Notes under the pieces: model-generated | Databases searched by the model: none | What the model was told of the DNA's origin: nothing | Seen by the model: the letters and a program-made list of their open reading frames with translations, nothing else | Shown: piece by piece, positions 47,592-57,451 of the stretch | How the letters are laid out: each line of letters begins with the position of its first letter | Position numbering within the stretch: the first letter of the stretch is position 1 | Source: Candidatus Falkowbacteria bacterium | Lineage (GTDB): Bacteria > Patescibacteriota > Patescibacteriia > XYB2-FULL-38-15 | Direction: 5' to 3' | Length of the DNA: 64,000 nt | NCBI GenBank assembly: GCA_016214745.1 | Contig: JACRNW010000001.1 | Span: forward strand, 1,038 to 65,037 | Position numbers and translations under genes: made by a program

Positions 47592-49127
47592 TTACTTAAT
47601 TACTTTTACCACTCCCTTTGTCGCGTCTACTTCCACCAAATCTCCGTCTTTTAAAATTTTACTAGCATTTTTTGTACCAATAATACATGGCTTATTCATC
47701 TCGCGCGCGACGATTGCCGCATGAGAAGTAATGCCGCCGATATCTGTCACGAAAGCCGCGGCTAATTTCATGGCTGGCAAAAGCTGAGGAATGGTTTGAA
47801 CTGCCACTAGAATATCATCTTTTTTTATTTTCTTCATCTCGTACGGCTCGTTGATAATTTTCACCACTCCCCTAACCTTGCCGGCGCAGGCAATATTACC
47901 TTTAATAACACCTGTTTTGACTACCCGCTCGATCTGGAATTTTTCTCTGATAATTTTTTCGGCTTTTTCCCCGGTAAAAATTCTTAAATCGTTAAGATCC
48001 TTAACGTAATTTACGCAAAAATTATATCTTTGTCTCAACATGCTAACCCTGGGAATTTTTCCGCCCCTTAGCATTCTAATGAACTCGAATCTGGTTAAAT
48101 TTTGTAAATCCTTGTAATCTTTTCCTGAACTCCGGGCAAATCTTTTTAAGGATAAGGTCAAAAGGTAAAAAGTGAAAAATAGTAATTCTGAACGAATCAT
48201 CTTTGCTCCGGCAAATTCTCGGGCAGTCTCAAAATAATGCCTTTCACCCTCATCCAAATTAAGCTCTTTGAAATACTGCTCTTGCAATTTAATCAAAGGT
48301 CGCAAGTCAACTGATTCTTTTAAATTTCCTAATTCTTTTTTATCTTCTAAAATCACCTCTATTTTTTCTATTAATTTTTTCAGATCCATTTCTGGGCCAA
48401 TGTGACCGTAGTCTATCCATCTAAACTGATAAACCAAATCATTCAATCCCGAGAACAAGGCGGGGTAATTCCTTTTCAATAATGAAAATAACCTTGGGGT
48501 CGGGCTTTCCAAAAAAATATTTTTTATTTTTAATCTTTCTATTTCCTGACAAATATCAAATAATTTCTTTTTAAAAATAAAACTTTTTGTTTTTAACGAT
48601 GTCTTACCTAAAACGCCCACATAACTCCCAAGGGATCTTTTCAATTTATATTGCTCAATCTTTTTATTAACAATTTTTTCCAAAGCGTTGGAAAGCCCGT
48701 AGTGACTTAAATCGGCCATCACTGCTCCAAACCCCACGCTGCAAATTTTAAAAAATGTTTCAATTGCCTCTTCCCATTTATCGGCTATCTTTTTGAAATT
48801 GGGATTTTCATTTTCCAACAAATCAAAGATTTCATAATATTTTTTATAAAGATCAACCGCAATCTCTTCGGTTTTGATCAATATCTTTTTCCCATAATTT
48901 TTTTCACTATGAATCTTCTTGGCAATTTTTTCTCCCAAAACCCGCAAAATATCTGGATTGCAAAACCATTCTTCCGTGCCTCCTTTAAAGAGGACATAAT
49001 TATCTCTCATCCGGGGCAATCCCAAATATTCCTCTATTAATTTATGAGAAAATGCTTCTTGGTTAATGGTAATATTAAGAAAAACGGTATTATTTTCTTT
49101 GTGGGTTGAAACGTATTTCTTTTCCAT
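47592..49127 (-). CDS. Phospho-His swivel domain protein, paralog 4
   Basis: C-terminal [26 protein letters not shown]. Confidence 0.88.
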   Translation of the reverse strand: MEKKYVSTHKENNTVFLNITINQEAFSHKLIEEYLGLPRMRDNYVLFKGGTEEWFCNPDILRVLGEKIAKKIHSEKNYGKKILIKTEEIAVDLYKKYYEIFDLLENENPNFKKIADKWEEAIETFFKICSVGFGAVMADLSHYGLSNALEKIVNKKIEQYKLKRSLGSYVGVLGKTSLKTKSFIFKKKLFDICQEIERLKIKNIFLESPTPRLFSLLKRNYPALFSGLNDLVYQFRWIDYGHIGPEMDLKKLIEKIEVILEDKKELGNLKESVDLRPLIKLQEQYFKELNLDEGERHYFETAREFAGAKMIRSELLFFTFYLLTLSLKRFARSSGKDYKDLQNLTRFEFIRMLRGGKIPRVSMLRQRYNFCVNYVKDLNDLRIFTGEKAEKIIREKFQIERVVKTGVIKGNIACAGKVRGVVKIINEPYEMKKIKKDDILVAVQTIPQLLPAMKLAAAFVTDIGGITSHAAIVAREMNKPCIIGTKNASKILKDGDLVEVDATKGVVKVIK

Positions 49128-49136
49128 AAAATATTC

Positions 49137-50675
49137 TTAAATTTTTTTCACAATCCCCCTTGTCGCATCAACCTCCACTAAATCTCCATCCCTCAAAACT
49201 TTCGTAGCAATTTTCGTGCCGACGACACAGGGAATTTTTAATTCCCGAGAGACAATCGCCGCATGGCACGTCAAACCGCCAACGTTCGTAACAATAGCCG
49301 AAGCAAGTTTCATGGCCGGAACAAGAGCCGGATAAGTTGTTTCGCTCAACATCACATCTCCCTTTTTCATTTTTTTCAAATCATCTACTGTCTCAATTAT
49401 TGACACTCGCCCCTTCGCCCTTCCTGGCGAAGCGCAAATCCCAAATAATTTTTCTACTTTTTTAACTTTCTGTTCAACAAATGTAGATCTGTCCAGAAAT
49501 TCCTGCGCCGCCTTACCGATATAAACCACCGGCCGATGAACGCTATCGGTATAAATCAGACTAAAATTATATCTCTCATTTAATTTGTTGGCATCATACT
49601 TATCTTTTAATAATGCGTCTTTCACCTCCCAATTACAGAAAAATCTTACCTGCCTTAAACTTAAACCAAGTCTTCGTCCAATTTCTTTGGCTATTTTATC
49701 CAAAACATAGGCGCCATAATACATACAATCTTTGCGCCAACTCTTCAACCAAACAATATCTCTTGCGATATCAAAAAGTTTTTTCTCTTTCTTGCTAAAA
49801 TTTAATTGTTTAAAAATTTTTACCCTTTTTTTCTTTATCTCCGCAAATTTATTCTTACCCTCTTCTATCAATTCCTCAATATTATTTTGTTTCAGAAGTC
49901 CTCGCCAAATTTCCAAAAAATATTCTAATTCAAGAACTGGCCCTTCGTAGTTATAGTGTAACCAAAGATATTTTTGATAATGCTTTTTTATCTTCTGTTG
50001 TAAAGAGGGGCTAATCTTGTTCAGATTTTTTTTGATCTCATCAATATTATTTTTCAAAAATAAATTTTTTGTTTTCTGATCTTTTTTCAACAACTTAACT
50101 AACTCTAATGATTCTTTTGATTCAATCTCAATAAAACTGGATTTTTCGGGGGTGGTAAGAACACTAAATGTCTCTGATAATTTTTGATCAGATTTAACTT
50201 TCTTTTTTAATAAATCTAAAAGATAATTACTAAAAAGTTGGCGATCAGCTTCCAGGAGCCACGTGGTTATTTGTCCAGGAAGATGAGACCAATATTGGCG
50301 GTCAATCAATTGATCAAAAACTCCCGCCAATTGCTTGCCTGATAGTGCCGAAAAATCTTTATTTTCTAAACTTTTTGCAAAAGAAAAATAATTCTTGGTA
50401 TATTTTACCAATTCTGAATTTCTTTTTTCTGTCCATTCGGGATATTTAACAGTTTTATTGAGCAAAAAATTTATACCCTTAGTAAAATCATCTCTTAAAT
50501 AACAAAGTGTAAGCGTGCCTTCATTTACAATAAATAAAACATGCTTGAAGTGTGGGCCGCCGCCTTTTTTCTCTATGTAAGTACCGTACTCTTCAAGAAA
50601 CGGCACAAGCATAAGGTAGTTGCACTTTGGGATTTTTTCAATTTTGAACCATCTAAATTTCTTTATTTCTTCCAT
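49137..50675 (-). CDS. Phospho-His swivel domain protein, paralog 5
   Basis: C-terminal VTNVGGLTCHAAIVSRELKIPCVVGT. Confidence 0.88.
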   Translation of the reverse strand: MEEIKKFRWFKIEKIPKCNYLMLVPFLEEYGTYIEKKGGGPHFKHVLFIVNEGTLTLCYLRDDFTKGINFLLNKTVKYPEWTEKRNSELVKYTKNYFSFAKSLENKDFSALSGKQLAGVFDQLIDRQYWSHLPGQITTWLLEADRQLFSNYLLDLLKKKVKSDQKLSETFSVLTTPEKSSFIEIESKESLELVKLLKKDQKTKNLFLKNNIDEIKKNLNKISPSLQQKIKKHYQKYLWLHYNYEGPVLELEYFLEIWRGLLKQNNIEELIEEGKNKFAEIKKKRVKIFKQLNFSKKEKKLFDIARDIVWLKSWRKDCMYYGAYVLDKIAKEIGRRLGLSLRQVRFFCNWEVKDALLKDKYDANKLNERYNFSLIYTDSVHRPVVYIGKAAQEFLDRSTFVEQKVKKVEKLFGICASPGRAKGRVSIIETVDDLKKMKKGDVMLSETTYPALVPAMKLASAIVTNVGGLTCHAAIVSRELKIPCVVGTKIATKVLRDGDLVEVDATRGIVKKI

Positions 50676-50735
50676 ATATTTTGATACTTTATGTATTTTA
50701 TCTAATTTTACTCCTATTCTCCCCCTTTTGCCAAA

Positions 50736-50863
50736 TCCCGTTAGAAGTTCTCGTCATAAAAATTTACCGAAAATTTTTATGAGCAAAAACCGTCGAAGTT
50801 ATTATTTTTTAATATCTTTGCTCAACTATTTTTTAACTTAGATCAAACAAACTTCTAACGGGA
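50736..50863. mobile_element. Small non-coding element with perfect 14-bp TIRs (MITE-like)
   Basis: tcccgttagaagtt (50736-50749) / aacttctaacggga (50850-50863). Confidence 0.6.
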
Positions 50864-50934
50864 CAAACCATTCTTCATCTTTTCGTCATAAAATAAATAT
50901 ATAATAAAAGGTGGTAAAATTTAAGATTAAAAAT

Positions 50935-51204
50935 ATGGACCAAGATTTGTGCTATTGCGGCGAAAGAGCTGTCCGCGGCGAAGGACTACTCCGGAATACA
51001 ATGTCCTGCCCGGCTTGCGGCAGTGAGTGGGAAATCACTCATTGTTGGAATTGCGGCGAACAAATTGACGGACGCTTTTCTTCCACCTGCCGCTCATGCA
51101 GCTGGTATCTCTGCGCCAAATGCGGGGCCCACGAACCGGATTGCACGCACACAATCAAGGCAAGTTTGAAAAACGCCGCCCACTACCAGGGCACTTTTAT
51201 CTAA
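50935..51204 (+). CDS. Small multi-CxxC zinc-finger protein
   Basis: CYC, CPAC, CWNC, CRSC, CAKC and H..C in ~89 aa. Confidence 0.75.
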   Translation: MDQDLCYCGERAVRGEGLLRNTMSCPACGSEWEITHCWNCGEQIDGRFSSTCRSCSWYLCAKCGAHEPDCTHTIKASLKNAAHYQGTFI

Positions 51205-51257
51205 ACATCTAAAAAAATTAAAAAAAAGGCCGCGTCGCCTCTTTTTTGTTATCTAAA

Positions 51258-52508
51258 TTATTTTGCTGGACTATTTATAATTTCAATCGCTTTGTCCATC
51301 TGCGGATCGCGATTAGCGTTGTAATCTTCCTCGGTCAGTTTAATTTCCACGTCTGGCGCTATTCCCTCTTTATCAATTTGCCTGCCTTTTGGCGTGAGCC
51401 ACTCGGCCACGGTAATTTTCACTGCCGAGCCGTCTGGCAACGGTTCCAAGTTTTGAACTGATCCTTTGCCAAAAGTTTTTTCTCCCACAAGCGTTGCCTT
51501 GCCATAATCTTGCAGAGCACCGCCAACAATTTCCGAAGCCGAGGCAGAACCCTGGTTTACCAAAACCACGGTTTTTAAATTTTCCAATCTGGCAAGCCCG
51601 CTTGAACGTTCTTCATTTTTTTGACCGTCGTCCATTTGTTCCACCACAATAACGTCGTTTGAAACCCACTCACCCGCCACTTCCACCGCCGTGTCCAAAA
51701 ATCCGCCGGGATTATTTCTAAGATCCAAAATTAAACCCTTGGGATTTTTTGCGATAAGTTCCGTGACGGCCTGGTTAAATCTTCTTGTCGTATCTTCATT
51801 AAAATGATTAATTTCTATGTAGGCAATATCACCTTTCATTTCCCATTTAACGCTCGCAACTTCAATCTGATCGCGCGTAATTTTAAAATCCTCTGACTTT
51901 TCCCAACCTTCTCGCCAAATGGTCAAAGTAACATCCGTTCCTTTTTCTCCGCGAATAATGCTCACGGCATAATCAAGCGCCATATCGGTCGTGTCCTTGC
52001 CGTCAATGGCCAAAATCCTGTCGCCCGCTTTGAGTCCGGCTTTCTCGGCCGGCGTATCGGGTAATGGCGCGATAATTGTCAGTTGTTTATTTTTAATTCC
52101 AAGCTCGGCGCCAATTCCGGAAAAAGTTCCTTCCAATTCCTTTTTAAAATCTTCCGCGGTTTGGGGATCAAAAAAAACTGAATACGGATCATCCAGCGAA
52201 GAAATAATTCCCGCGAGCGCTCCATAAAAAAGTTTCGTGTCCTGAACCGGCTGATGAACATAATCATTTTTTGCCAAATCCCAAACTTGCCAGAAAAGAT
52301 TAAAATCAATATCTTTAGACAAATATTCCGGAATCTGATTTCTATTCTGGACTTGCCCGCCGTAAAATTCTTTTTCTGCTTCAATTTTTCCTTGCCTCGC
52401 TCCCAACGCCATGCCGCCCAAAAACCCGCCCAAAACTAAAATCGCGAGAACATAAACAGCGGCGTATTTAAAAATAAATTTGTGTTTTTCAATAAATTTA
52501 AATATCAT
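51258..52508 (-). CDS. ctpA: Carboxyl-terminal processing protease (S41, PDZ)
   Basis: LDDPYS, FSGIGAE, DLRNNPGG, SASASEI, TFGKGSVQ. Confidence 0.92.
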   Translation of the reverse strand: MIFKFIEKHKFIFKYAAVYVLAILVLGGFLGGMALGARQGKIEAEKEFYGGQVQNRNQIPEYLSKDIDFNLFWQVWDLAKNDYVHQPVQDTKLFYGALAGIISSLDDPYSVFFDPQTAEDFKKELEGTFSGIGAELGIKNKQLTIIAPLPDTPAEKAGLKAGDRILAIDGKDTTDMALDYAVSIIRGEKGTDVTLTIWREGWEKSEDFKITRDQIEVASVKWEMKGDIAYIEINHFNEDTTRRFNQAVTELIAKNPKGLILDLRNNPGGFLDTAVEVAGEWVSNDVIVVEQMDDGQKNEERSSGLARLENLKTVVLVNQGSASASEIVGGALQDYGKATLVGEKTFGKGSVQNLEPLPDGSAVKITVAEWLTPKGRQIDKEGIAPDVEIKLTEEDYNANRDPQMDKAIEIINSPAK

Positions 52509-52542
52509 AAATTATTTTAAAACTTATTATTTATTAATTATT

Positions 52543-53799
52543 TTATTCAACTCTTTTTATTTTTGCTCCCAATCCATTGAGCCGCTCTTCAATTTTTTCA
52601 TATCCTCTATCCACAACCTGCGCTTCGTTAATAATTGTTTCGCCGGAAGCAATGAGGCCGGCAATAATTAAAGTGGCTCCGGCCCGTAAATCAAAACTTT
52701 TTATTTCCTGGCCTTGGAGTGGCGTCGGACCGGTAATAACCACCCTGTGCGGATCGGCCACGATGGCGTTCGCGCCCATTTTCACGAGTTCTCCGACATA
52801 ACCCATTCTTCCCTCAAAAAGCGGATCCTGGATTAGGGTCGTTCCCTGGCACTGAGTCGCCAAAACGCCGAACGGCGCCTGGAGATCGGTCGGAAAACCC
52901 GGGTACGGCAATGTTTGCAATCGGAAAGCCCGCAAAAATTTTCTCGGTTTAATTTTTAAATAATCTTTGCCAACTTCTAAATTCACGCCTGCTTCTTGCA
53001 ATTTAAGCAAAATAATTTCAAGATGGGCCGGAATAATATTTTCAATCGTAACCTCGCCGCCCGATACCGCCGCGGCCACGGCCAAAGTTCCGATTTCAAT
53101 CTGGTCAGGAATCAAAGTATGGCGCGGGCCGGAAAGTTTCTCCACACCATCTATAATCAACGTGTGAGTTCCTCCCCCGCTGATTTTCGCGCCCATACTG
53201 TTTAAAAATTTAATCAAATCCTGAACGTGCGGCTCGGCGGCGGCCAAATGAACCTCGGTTCTGCCTTTGGCCAAACTCGCGGCCATCAAGAGGTTCTCTG
53301 TTGCCGTAACGGAAAATTCTGGTAGAATTATAAGTGAACCAGTAAGACCTTCTGCTTCCAGAGTAAAACTGCCGTCCTTGCGCGTAATTTTCGCGCCAAG
53401 TTTTCCCAGGGCGTAAAAATGCGTGTCCGGCGGCCGGTTGCCGATAATGCAACCCCCCGGCTCGGGAATCGCCACTTTTTTAAAACGAGCCAAAAGCGGG
53501 CCTAAAAATAAAATTGATGAACGCATACTTTTGACAGCCTTTTCATCAAGCAATTTTATGTCGGCATCTTTAGCGCAAATTGTAACCTCATGATCTCCGG
53601 TCCATTCTACGCTTGCTCCCAAACTTTTTAAAATATCAAGCATTCGTATCACGTCGGAAATTTTCGGAACATTTGAAATTACGCATTCTTCGGAAGTTAA
53701 AAGAGTCGCCGCGATAATCGGCGTCGCCGCGTTCTTCATGCCGCTGGCTCTGATTTTTCCGCGCAAAGGCGCGCCCCCTTGAATAACAAATTTAGACAT
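52543..53799 (-). CDS. murA: UDP-GlcNAc enolpyruvyl transferase MurA
   Basis: SGMKNA, PGGCIIGNR, SVTATEN, YPGFPTDLQ, DLRAGA, DRGYE. Confidence 0.96.
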   Translation of the reverse strand: MSKFVIQGGAPLRGKIRASGMKNAATPIIAATLLTSEECVISNVPKISDVIRMLDILKSLGASVEWTGDHEVTICAKDADIKLLDEKAVKSMRSSILFLGPLLARFKKVAIPEPGGCIIGNRPPDTHFYALGKLGAKITRKDGSFTLEAEGLTGSLIILPEFSVTATENLLMAASLAKGRTEVHLAAAEPHVQDLIKFLNSMGAKISGGGTHTLIIDGVEKLSGPRHTLIPDQIEIGTLAVAAAVSGGEVTIENIIPAHLEIILLKLQEAGVNLEVGKDYLKIKPRKFLRAFRLQTLPYPGFPTDLQAPFGVLATQCQGTTLIQDPLFEGRMGYVGELVKMGANAIVADPHRVVITGPTPLQGQEIKSFDLRAGATLIIAGLIASGETIINEAQVVDRGYEKIEERLNGLGAKIKRVE

Positions 53800-53894
53800 A
53801 TTATAACAGTTTAACTTTTTATAACAAAAAAATCAAGAGTCTATTTTCCGGTAAAATATTTAAACAAACTTAAAATAAAATTAAAAAATATTTT

Positions 53895-55049
53895 ATGAAT
53901 ATTCGCTACCGACGCATCGTTTATCTCTCTTTCATTTTTATATTCCTTATCATCACTCCCGTCGTCATTCTCTATACGGCCGGGTATCGTTATAATTTTC
54001 AAAAAAATAAAATTCAGAAAACCGGCATTTTGATTCTAAAATCAAATCCGTCGGGAGCATCAATTTATTTGAACGACGAATTAAGAACGGAAAAAACTCA
54101 GGCAAGAATCGCAAACCTCATGCCCGACGATTACAACATAAAAATTGAAAAAGAAAATTTTTATCCGTGGCAAAAAACTCTTCCCGTCCAAAGCCGCCTG
54201 ACCACTTTCGCGGAAAACATCACTCTTTTTGAAAAAAATTTACCGGTGGAAGTTGTTGAAACTAATTCCGAACTTTTTAGTCTTTCGCCCGATAAAGTAA
54301 AAATTGTTTATCTGGATAAAAAAGAAACTGGGGACGAAGTTTGGCTTTTAAATTTTAAAAATAATAAAAAAGATTTAATCTACAGAGTTTCTCGGGATTC
54401 GGGCGAAATCGCCAATTTGGAATGGAGCAATGACAACCAAAAAATACTGATTACCCTAAACGCTATCAACGGAACTGGACAAAATAAATATGTAATGTTA
54501 AATACGCAAACCGACGAAGTATTAATCTATCAAAAACTATCTGATTTTTACTTCACTTTCAAGGGCGTACCCATGAGTATCGCCGACGCTTCCCGCCTCC
54601 CTGACCTTGCTCTCTCGTCGGGGTATTCCGGCGTGGTCGCCGTGCTGGATAAAAAAACGAAAAATCTTCAAGTTCTTGAACCGACTACGGAAAACGTTAT
54701 TTTTGAAACAACGGCCGACAAGGCAATCTGGTCGGCCGACGCCAGAAAAATTTTATACACTACTGATTTCGAAATTTGGATTTACGATTTTAATACTTCG
54801 GGAAAAAAGCTCGTCAGCCGCTATAGCCAAGAAATAAAACAACTTGATTGGGTCAATGAAAATTATATTGCCGTCCTTTTAGACAACACCATAAAAATAA
54901 TTGAACTTGACGAACGGGACCAGAGAAACGTTGTTGACATTATTGCCCTAGATGAGATTAAAGATTTCTCTGTTGATCCGACTGAACAAAAAATCTACTT
55001 TTCCGGAATTGTCGGAAACAAAAAAGGAGTTTTCGCACTCCCATATTAA
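53895..55049 (+). CDS. Membrane-anchored PEGA domain protein with beta-propeller-like C-terminus
   Basis: TM helix, YTAGYRY, SNPSGASIYLN, LMPDDYNIKIEKENFYPWQK; LSPD/WSND/WSAD repeats. Confidence 0.82.
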   Translation: MNIRYRRIVYLSFIFIFLIITPVVILYTAGYRYNFQKNKIQKTGILILKSNPSGASIYLNDELRTEKTQARIANLMPDDYNIKIEKENFYPWQKTLPVQSRLTTFAENITLFEKNLPVEVVETNSELFSLSPDKVKIVYLDKKETGDEVWLLNFKNNKKDLIYRVSRDSGEIANLEWSNDNQKILITLNAINGTGQNKYVMLNTQTDEVLIYQKLSDFYFTFKGVPMSIADASRLPDLALSSGYSGVVAVLDKKTKNLQVLEPTTENVIFETTADKAIWSADARKILYTTDFEIWIYDFNTSGKKLVSRYSQEIKQLDWVNENYIAVLLDNTIKIIELDERDQRNVVDIIALDEIKDFSVDPTEQKIYFSGIVGNKKGVFALPY

Positions 55050-55050
55050 T

Positions 55051-55160
55051 CTACAAATTACAAATTTAGTACAAATATACAAATCCTTGCCAACACGTTA
55101 ATCTAATAGAAATGTTCTTCACTGTTATTTGTATATTTGTAAATGATTTGTAATTTGTAG
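55051..55160. repeat. TACAAAT-unit inverted-repeat element, copy C
   Basis: Same arms and a similar spacer to 20667-20778. Confidence 0.8.
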
Positions 55161-55163
55161 TAT

Positions 55164-56234
55164 CTACAATTCCACCACCGAGTTGTCGCCAATAATCATT
55201 TTATGACCGAGCGGCAAACTGTCAGCGGACGAGGCAATCACCGCGTTATGACCGATTAAACTGTCAACAATCCTCTTGCCGCATTTTATTTCCGCGTTAT
55301 CAAAAATGATTGAGTGTTCAATTTCTGTATTTGTGATTTTGGTGTTATCGCCGATTGAAGTGTAGGGACCGATGTAACTGTCGTTAATCATACAATTCTT
55401 GCCGATTACAACCGGACCGCGAATCAATGATCTACCGCCGACATAAGTTCCTTTTTCAATTTTTACTTTTCCTTGGATAATTACTCCCGGGGCCACGTTG
55501 GCCTCATTTTTTATATCAGATAAATCATGCAAAATTAACTGATTGCCTTCAAGTAAATCTTCCGGTTTTCCCGTATCTTTCCACCAACCGGTAATTTCTT
55601 CATAACCGACATTAAATCCTTTTTCTATCAAATAAGTGTTGGCATCGGAAATTTCATATTCGCCGCGAGGTGATGGCGGAATATTTTCCACCGCGTCAAA
55701 AATACGATGGTCATAAATATAAATTCCCGTCTGAGCAAAATTGCTTTTGGGCTGATTTGGTTTTTCCTCAACGCGAAGAACTTTTCCGTTAGAAATCACC
55801 GGCACGCCGAATCTTTCAGGATCGGGTACGCGGGCAAAAGCTAAAAGAACATTAAGATTTTCGTTGACAAATTTATCAACAAATCTTTTAATGCTTCCTA
55901 AAATAATATTATCGCCAAGATAAAAAATAAAAGGTTCATCTCCGAGAAAATCTTTGGCATTTCGGACAATATGCGCCAGACCTTTAGGACCGCCCGTCTG
56001 TTCAATGTAGGAAATCTTGAGACCCCAACGGCTGCCGTCGCCAACTGCTGGCTGAATTTCTTTTTCGCCGGGATTGATATTAATGCCAACCTCTTTTATA
56101 CCAGTCTCAGCTATTTTTTCCAACGCGTAAAAAAGCATCGGCTTATTGGCGATGGGAATCAAATGTTTATTGGTTGTATAGGTAATCGGTCGGAGTCTTG
56201 TGGCGCGTCCTCCGGCCGTGATCAATGCTTTCAT
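55164..56234 (-). CDS. rmlA: Glucose-1-phosphate thymidylyltransferase, long form
   Basis: AGGRATRLRPIT, KHLIPIANKP, YLGDN, VEEKP, RGEYEI, WWKDTG; C-terminal left-handed beta-helix. Confidence 0.92.
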   Translation of the reverse strand: MKALITAGGRATRLRPITYTTNKHLIPIANKPMLFYALEKIAETGIKEVGININPGEKEIQPAVGDGSRWGLKISYIEQTGGPKGLAHIVRNAKDFLGDEPFIFYLGDNIILGSIKRFVDKFVNENLNVLLAFARVPDPERFGVPVISNGKVLRVEEKPNQPKSNFAQTGIYIYDHRIFDAVENIPPSPRGEYEISDANTYLIEKGFNVGYEEITGWWKDTGKPEDLLEGNQLILHDLSDIKNEANVAPGVIIQGKVKIEKGTYVGGRSLIRGPVVIGKNCMINDSYIGPYTSIGDNTKITNTEIEHSIIFDNAEIKCGKRIVDSLIGHNAVIASSADSLPLGHKMIIGDNSVVEL

Positions 56235-56239
56235 AAATC

Positions 56240-57082
56240 TTATTTTGTTTTTAAGTACTCGGCCAACGCCTCTTCCCATTTTCGGATTGGCGGAAGTTTA
56301 GTATTCAGCAATAATGAATATTTCGGCCTTTTGGCGGGCCTTGGAAATCTATCCGCGCCCACCGGTATTAATTTAACATTTTTACCGGATAATTCAAATA
56401 TTTTCTTTGCCCAGCCGTACCAGGTGCAGCCGCCTGCGTTTGTTACATGATAAATGCCAAACGGTTTTTTCCATTCAATAATTTCTCTCGTTCGCTTCGC
56501 TAAATCAGAAACGTAAGTCGGCGAACTAAATTCTTCATCAACCAATTCCAGACAATCTTTTTCTTCGGCGCATTTTATCATCACGTCAACAAAACTTTTT
56601 TTTGCTCCCTCGGTCTCTGCCTGTTTGCCAAACAACCGCGAAGTCCTGATTAAATAAAATTTTTTATTTTTCAGTTGCCGCTCACCAATCAATTTTGATT
56701 CTGCGTACACGCTCTCGGGATTCGGCTCATCATTTTCTTTATAGCCATCAATCTCTTTTCCGTCAAAAACATAATCTGTGCTGTAGTGGATTAAAGTTGC
56801 GTCTACCACGCCGGCTGCTTCCGATACATTCCCCACCGCGTAACCGTTCACTGCCAGAGCCAAATCTTTTTCTCCTTCTTCAATTTTGTCCACCGCGTTA
56901 TAAGCCGCGGCGTTAATAATAATTTCCGGTTTCAAATCGGAGATTTTTTTTCTGACATCTTCTTTCTTAGTTATATCAATTTCTTCTTTATCCCAAGAGA
57001 TAACCTCATAGCCGTTTCCGCCGAATTCTTGGACCAACTCTTGCCCCAACATTCCTTTTGCCCCGATGATTAAAACCTTCAT
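56240..57082 (-). CDS. rmlD: dTDP-4-dehydrorhamnose reductase
   Basis: GAKGMLG, NAAAYNAVD, STDYVFDG, YAESK, RPAKRP. Confidence 0.94.
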   Translation of the reverse strand: MKVLIIGAKGMLGQELVQEFGGNGYEVISWDKEEIDITKKEDVRKKISDLKPEIIINAAAYNAVDKIEEGEKDLALAVNGYAVGNVSEAAGVVDATLIHYSTDYVFDGKEIDGYKENDEPNPESVYAESKLIGERQLKNKKFYLIRTSRLFGKQAETEGAKKSFVDVMIKCAEEKDCLELVDEEFSSPTYVSDLAKRTREIIEWKKPFGIYHVTNAGGCTWYGWAKKIFELSGKNVKLIPVGADRFPRPAKRPKYSLLLNTKLPPIRKWEEALAEYLKTK

Positions 57083-57211
57083 ATATTAAAAATTAATCTC
57101 TTTTGCTCCTTAATCCTAATAAAATACGTGTTTTTTGTCAATTTAAAAAAACACCGCTTCGGCAATGTTTGGTTGCCAAAACGGTGTGTCACCTCCTTCT
57201 CCTTGTCGCGA

Positions 57212-57430
57212 TCAGGCCGCGGCGGGCTTGCGCGCCTTCGCCGCCTTGACCATGGCGCGAAGCTCCTCGCTGCAGAGATCGTGCCAACGCGCGATGAAAT
57301 TGTCCACCTTCTCCTGCGGACAACAGCCGCCCGCTTCAGCAAGATGGATGAGCCGGACAACCTGAACCTTCTCGTGCCGAATCCTGGCCAGCTCACTGCG
57401 CCTCTTTCTGGGCTTGTGCCTTCTCGCCAT
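57212..57430 (-). CDS. Small basic high-GC hypothetical protein
   Basis: 72 aa; CAGGAGG SD at 57437-57443. Confidence 0.6.
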   Translation of the reverse strand: MARRHKPRKRRSELARIRHEKVQVVRLIHLAEAGGCCPQEKVDNFIARWHDLCSEELRAMVKAAKARKPAAA

Positions 57431-57451
57431 AACGCGCCTCCTGCAGCCGAA

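Noticed and set aside
41724-50675. Diversity-generating retroelement or CRISPR-like repeats in the similar paralog 3' ends
   Set aside because: Similarity follows protein conservation with mostly synonymous changes; no reverse transcriptase, template repeat or repeat-spacer periodicity.
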